DNA from: Candidatus Aminicenantes bacterium
Lineage (GTDB): Bacteria; Acidobacteriota; Aminicenantia; Aminicenantales; Aminicenantaceae
Direction of reading: 5' to 3'
Length of the DNA stretch: 64,000 nucleotides
NCBI GenBank assembly: GCA_021162615.1
Contig: JAGGYH010000080.1
Location: 34,899-98,898 of the forward strand
Shown: piece by piece, positions 62,666 to 64,000 of the stretch
How the letters are laid out: every line of letters starts with the position of its first letter
Numbering within the stretch: the first letter of the stretch is position 1
Program-made: the position numbers and the translations under genes
The notes under the pieces: model-generated
Told to the model about the DNA's origin: nothing
Database searches by the model: none
Seen by the model: only the letters and a program-made list of their open reading frames with translations

Positions 62666-64000
62666 ATGGCGCAAAGAAAAAAACCGCTTAGAAAAACAAA
62701 AAAGACAAAAAAAGAATCCCAGAACCGTATAAAGCGGGATGTATCAGGTGTTCTGCTTATTCTGCTTTCTGTTTTCATCCTCATAAGCCTTTTAAGCTAC
62801 AATCCTGACGACCCGTCATGGGCCTCTGTATCAACAGTGAGCCAAAAAGTCCAGAATTACGGAGGAAAAGTCGGGGCTTCCTTATCAGAAGCACTCCTTC
62901 AGTTTCTCGGATTCACTTCATTCGTCCTTTCCATCGCCCTGATTTTCCTTGGCTTTCAAGCATTTTTCCCAAAAAAGAAAGGGGGATTCCTCTCAAGGAC
63001 AGGAGAGAGCCTTCTCATATGCCTCCTGCTCAGCCCTCTCTTCTCTATGATATTCCATACAGCTTCATGGAAGGGGAGTGACCTTTCTGCAGGAGGAGTC
63101 ATCGGAGACCTTCTTTCTTCATTTTTGATAAAATACTTCAATCATCTGGGTTCTATTCTTATCTTATTCGGCCTGCTTCTGGTTGTTATTCTTTTCTCGA
63201 CCCATATACAGATAAGAACCATCTTTTATTATTTCCTCAGGTTTTTTAAATTCCTGTTTAAAGAACTGAGGGTCAGAATCACTGACTATAAAAAGCAGAA
63301 AAACAAAGACAAAATGAGAAAAAGAGTCGTGGAGAAGTATTCAAAAACCAAACCCAAATCCAAACCCAAAAAACAGATTATCATAAAAAAACCCGGCCCT
63401 GTACAAAAGCCGGCCTCTCAAAAGGAGCCAACGTCTCCCGAGGAGGAATTCCTGTTTCCGGAAATGAAAAACAAGGGGGACTACCGGTTTCCCCCGTTAA
63501 GCCTGCTGGACCCGGGAAAGGAAGCGGACAAAATAGACAAAAACGAGCTGTATGAAAAAAAACAGATCATTGAAGATAAGCTCTCTCAGTTCAGAGTCAT
63601 CGGAGAGGTGAAAGAATACCATCCCGGCCCTATCGTCACCACCTATGAATTCTACCCAAGCCCGGGAGTCAAAGTCAGCCAGGTCTCCAGCCGGACGGAA
63701 GACCTTTCCCTTGCCCTTGGCGCAGAGTCCCTCAGAATACAGCGCATACCTGGAAAATCCTCCCTGGGAATTGAAATACCGAACAATAAGAGAGAGATCA
63801 TCAAACTCAGGGACATCATCCAAACGAAAAAATTTATGGAATCTCCCTCCAAGCTGACCATCGGTCTCGGTAAGGACATCCATGGAGAACCCTATATCAC
63901 CGACCTTTCCGTCATGCCTCACCTCTTGATAGCCGGGGCCACGGGAACGGGAAAAAGTGTGGCTTTGAACTCCATCATTGCAAGCATCCTGTACAAAGCA
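62666..64000 (+). CDS. ftsK: DNA translocase FtsK (N-terminal membrane domain, linker and start of motor domain); 3' end beyond window. Not in the ORF track because no stop is reached.
   Basis: Translated by hand from the ATG at 62666: four N-terminal TM helices, K/P-rich linker, then motor domain with Walker A LLIAGATGTGKSVALNSII. No in-frame stop up to position 64000. Confidence 0.8.
   Translation, partial: MAQRKKPLRKTKKTKKESQNRIKRDVSGVLLILLSVFILISLLSYNPDDPSWASVSTVSQKVQNYGGKVGASLSEALLQFLGFTSFVLSIALIFLGFQAFFPKKKGGFLSRTGESLLICLLLSPLFSMIFHTASWKGSDLSAGGVIGDLLSSFLIKYFNHLGSILILFGLLLVVILFSTHIQIRTIFYYFLRFFKFLFKELRVRITDYKKQKNKDKMRKRVVEKYSKTKPKSKPKKQIIIKKPGPVQKPASQKEPTSPEEEFLFPEMKNKGDYRFPPLSLLDPGKEADKIDKNELYEKKQIIEDKLSQFRVIGEVKEYHPGPIVTTYEFYPSPGVKVSQVSSRTEDLSLALGAESLRIQRIPGKSSLGIEIPNNKREIIKLRDIIQTKKFMESPSKLTIGLGKDIHGEPYITDLSVMPHLLIAGATGTGKSVALNSIIASILYKA

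Overview
Bacterial chromosomal window, moderately AT-rich, with lysine-rich proteins. No rRNA, tRNA or CRISPR array was recognised; the coding regions are mostly housekeeping and envelope genes. Contents in order: envC-like M23 activator, S41 peptidase and YibQ-like deacetylase at the 5' end; a periplasmic sugar-oxidation island holding five Gfo/Idh/MocA dehydrogenases (four with twin-arginine signals), each paired with a different partner (secreted HEAT-repeat protein twice, xylose-isomerase-like TIM barrel, DUF1080 3-keto-disaccharide hydrolase, membrane-anchored heptaheme cytochrome c followed by a membrane protein and an ApbE flavin transferase), plus ThuA; a GT-C/Dpm1-like GT2/discoidin glycosylation trio; patatin, M3 peptidase, two SurA-like PPIases, mfd; a C26 peptidase; rfaE domain II plus Wzm/Wzt ABC exporter; a partial F1Fo ATP synthase operon (b', b, delta, alpha, gamma, beta, epsilon, no a/c) whose alpha and beta carry lysine-rich tails; folC, accD, an orphan receiver; a glycan-envelope cluster (epimerase, GT4, GT2, gltP-like symporter, radical SAM/SPASM plus sulfatase-like enzyme, two GT-C-like polytopic proteins, hexapeptide acetyltransferase); a VWA-type secreted protein, ksgA, and ftsK running off the 3' end (missed by the ORF track). 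Most unusual signal: three copies (about 0.26, 0.36 and 0.71 kb) of a mosaic, non-coding intergenic repeat family with conserved end modules, a predicted H-type pseudoknot and, in the largest copy, a 26-bp long-range helix, each sitting in a promoter/5' region. A fourth region (60.2-60.5 kb) holds inverted CCCTATAGGG half-sites and a fragment related to the family. I could not match these to any known RNA or IS family from memory.
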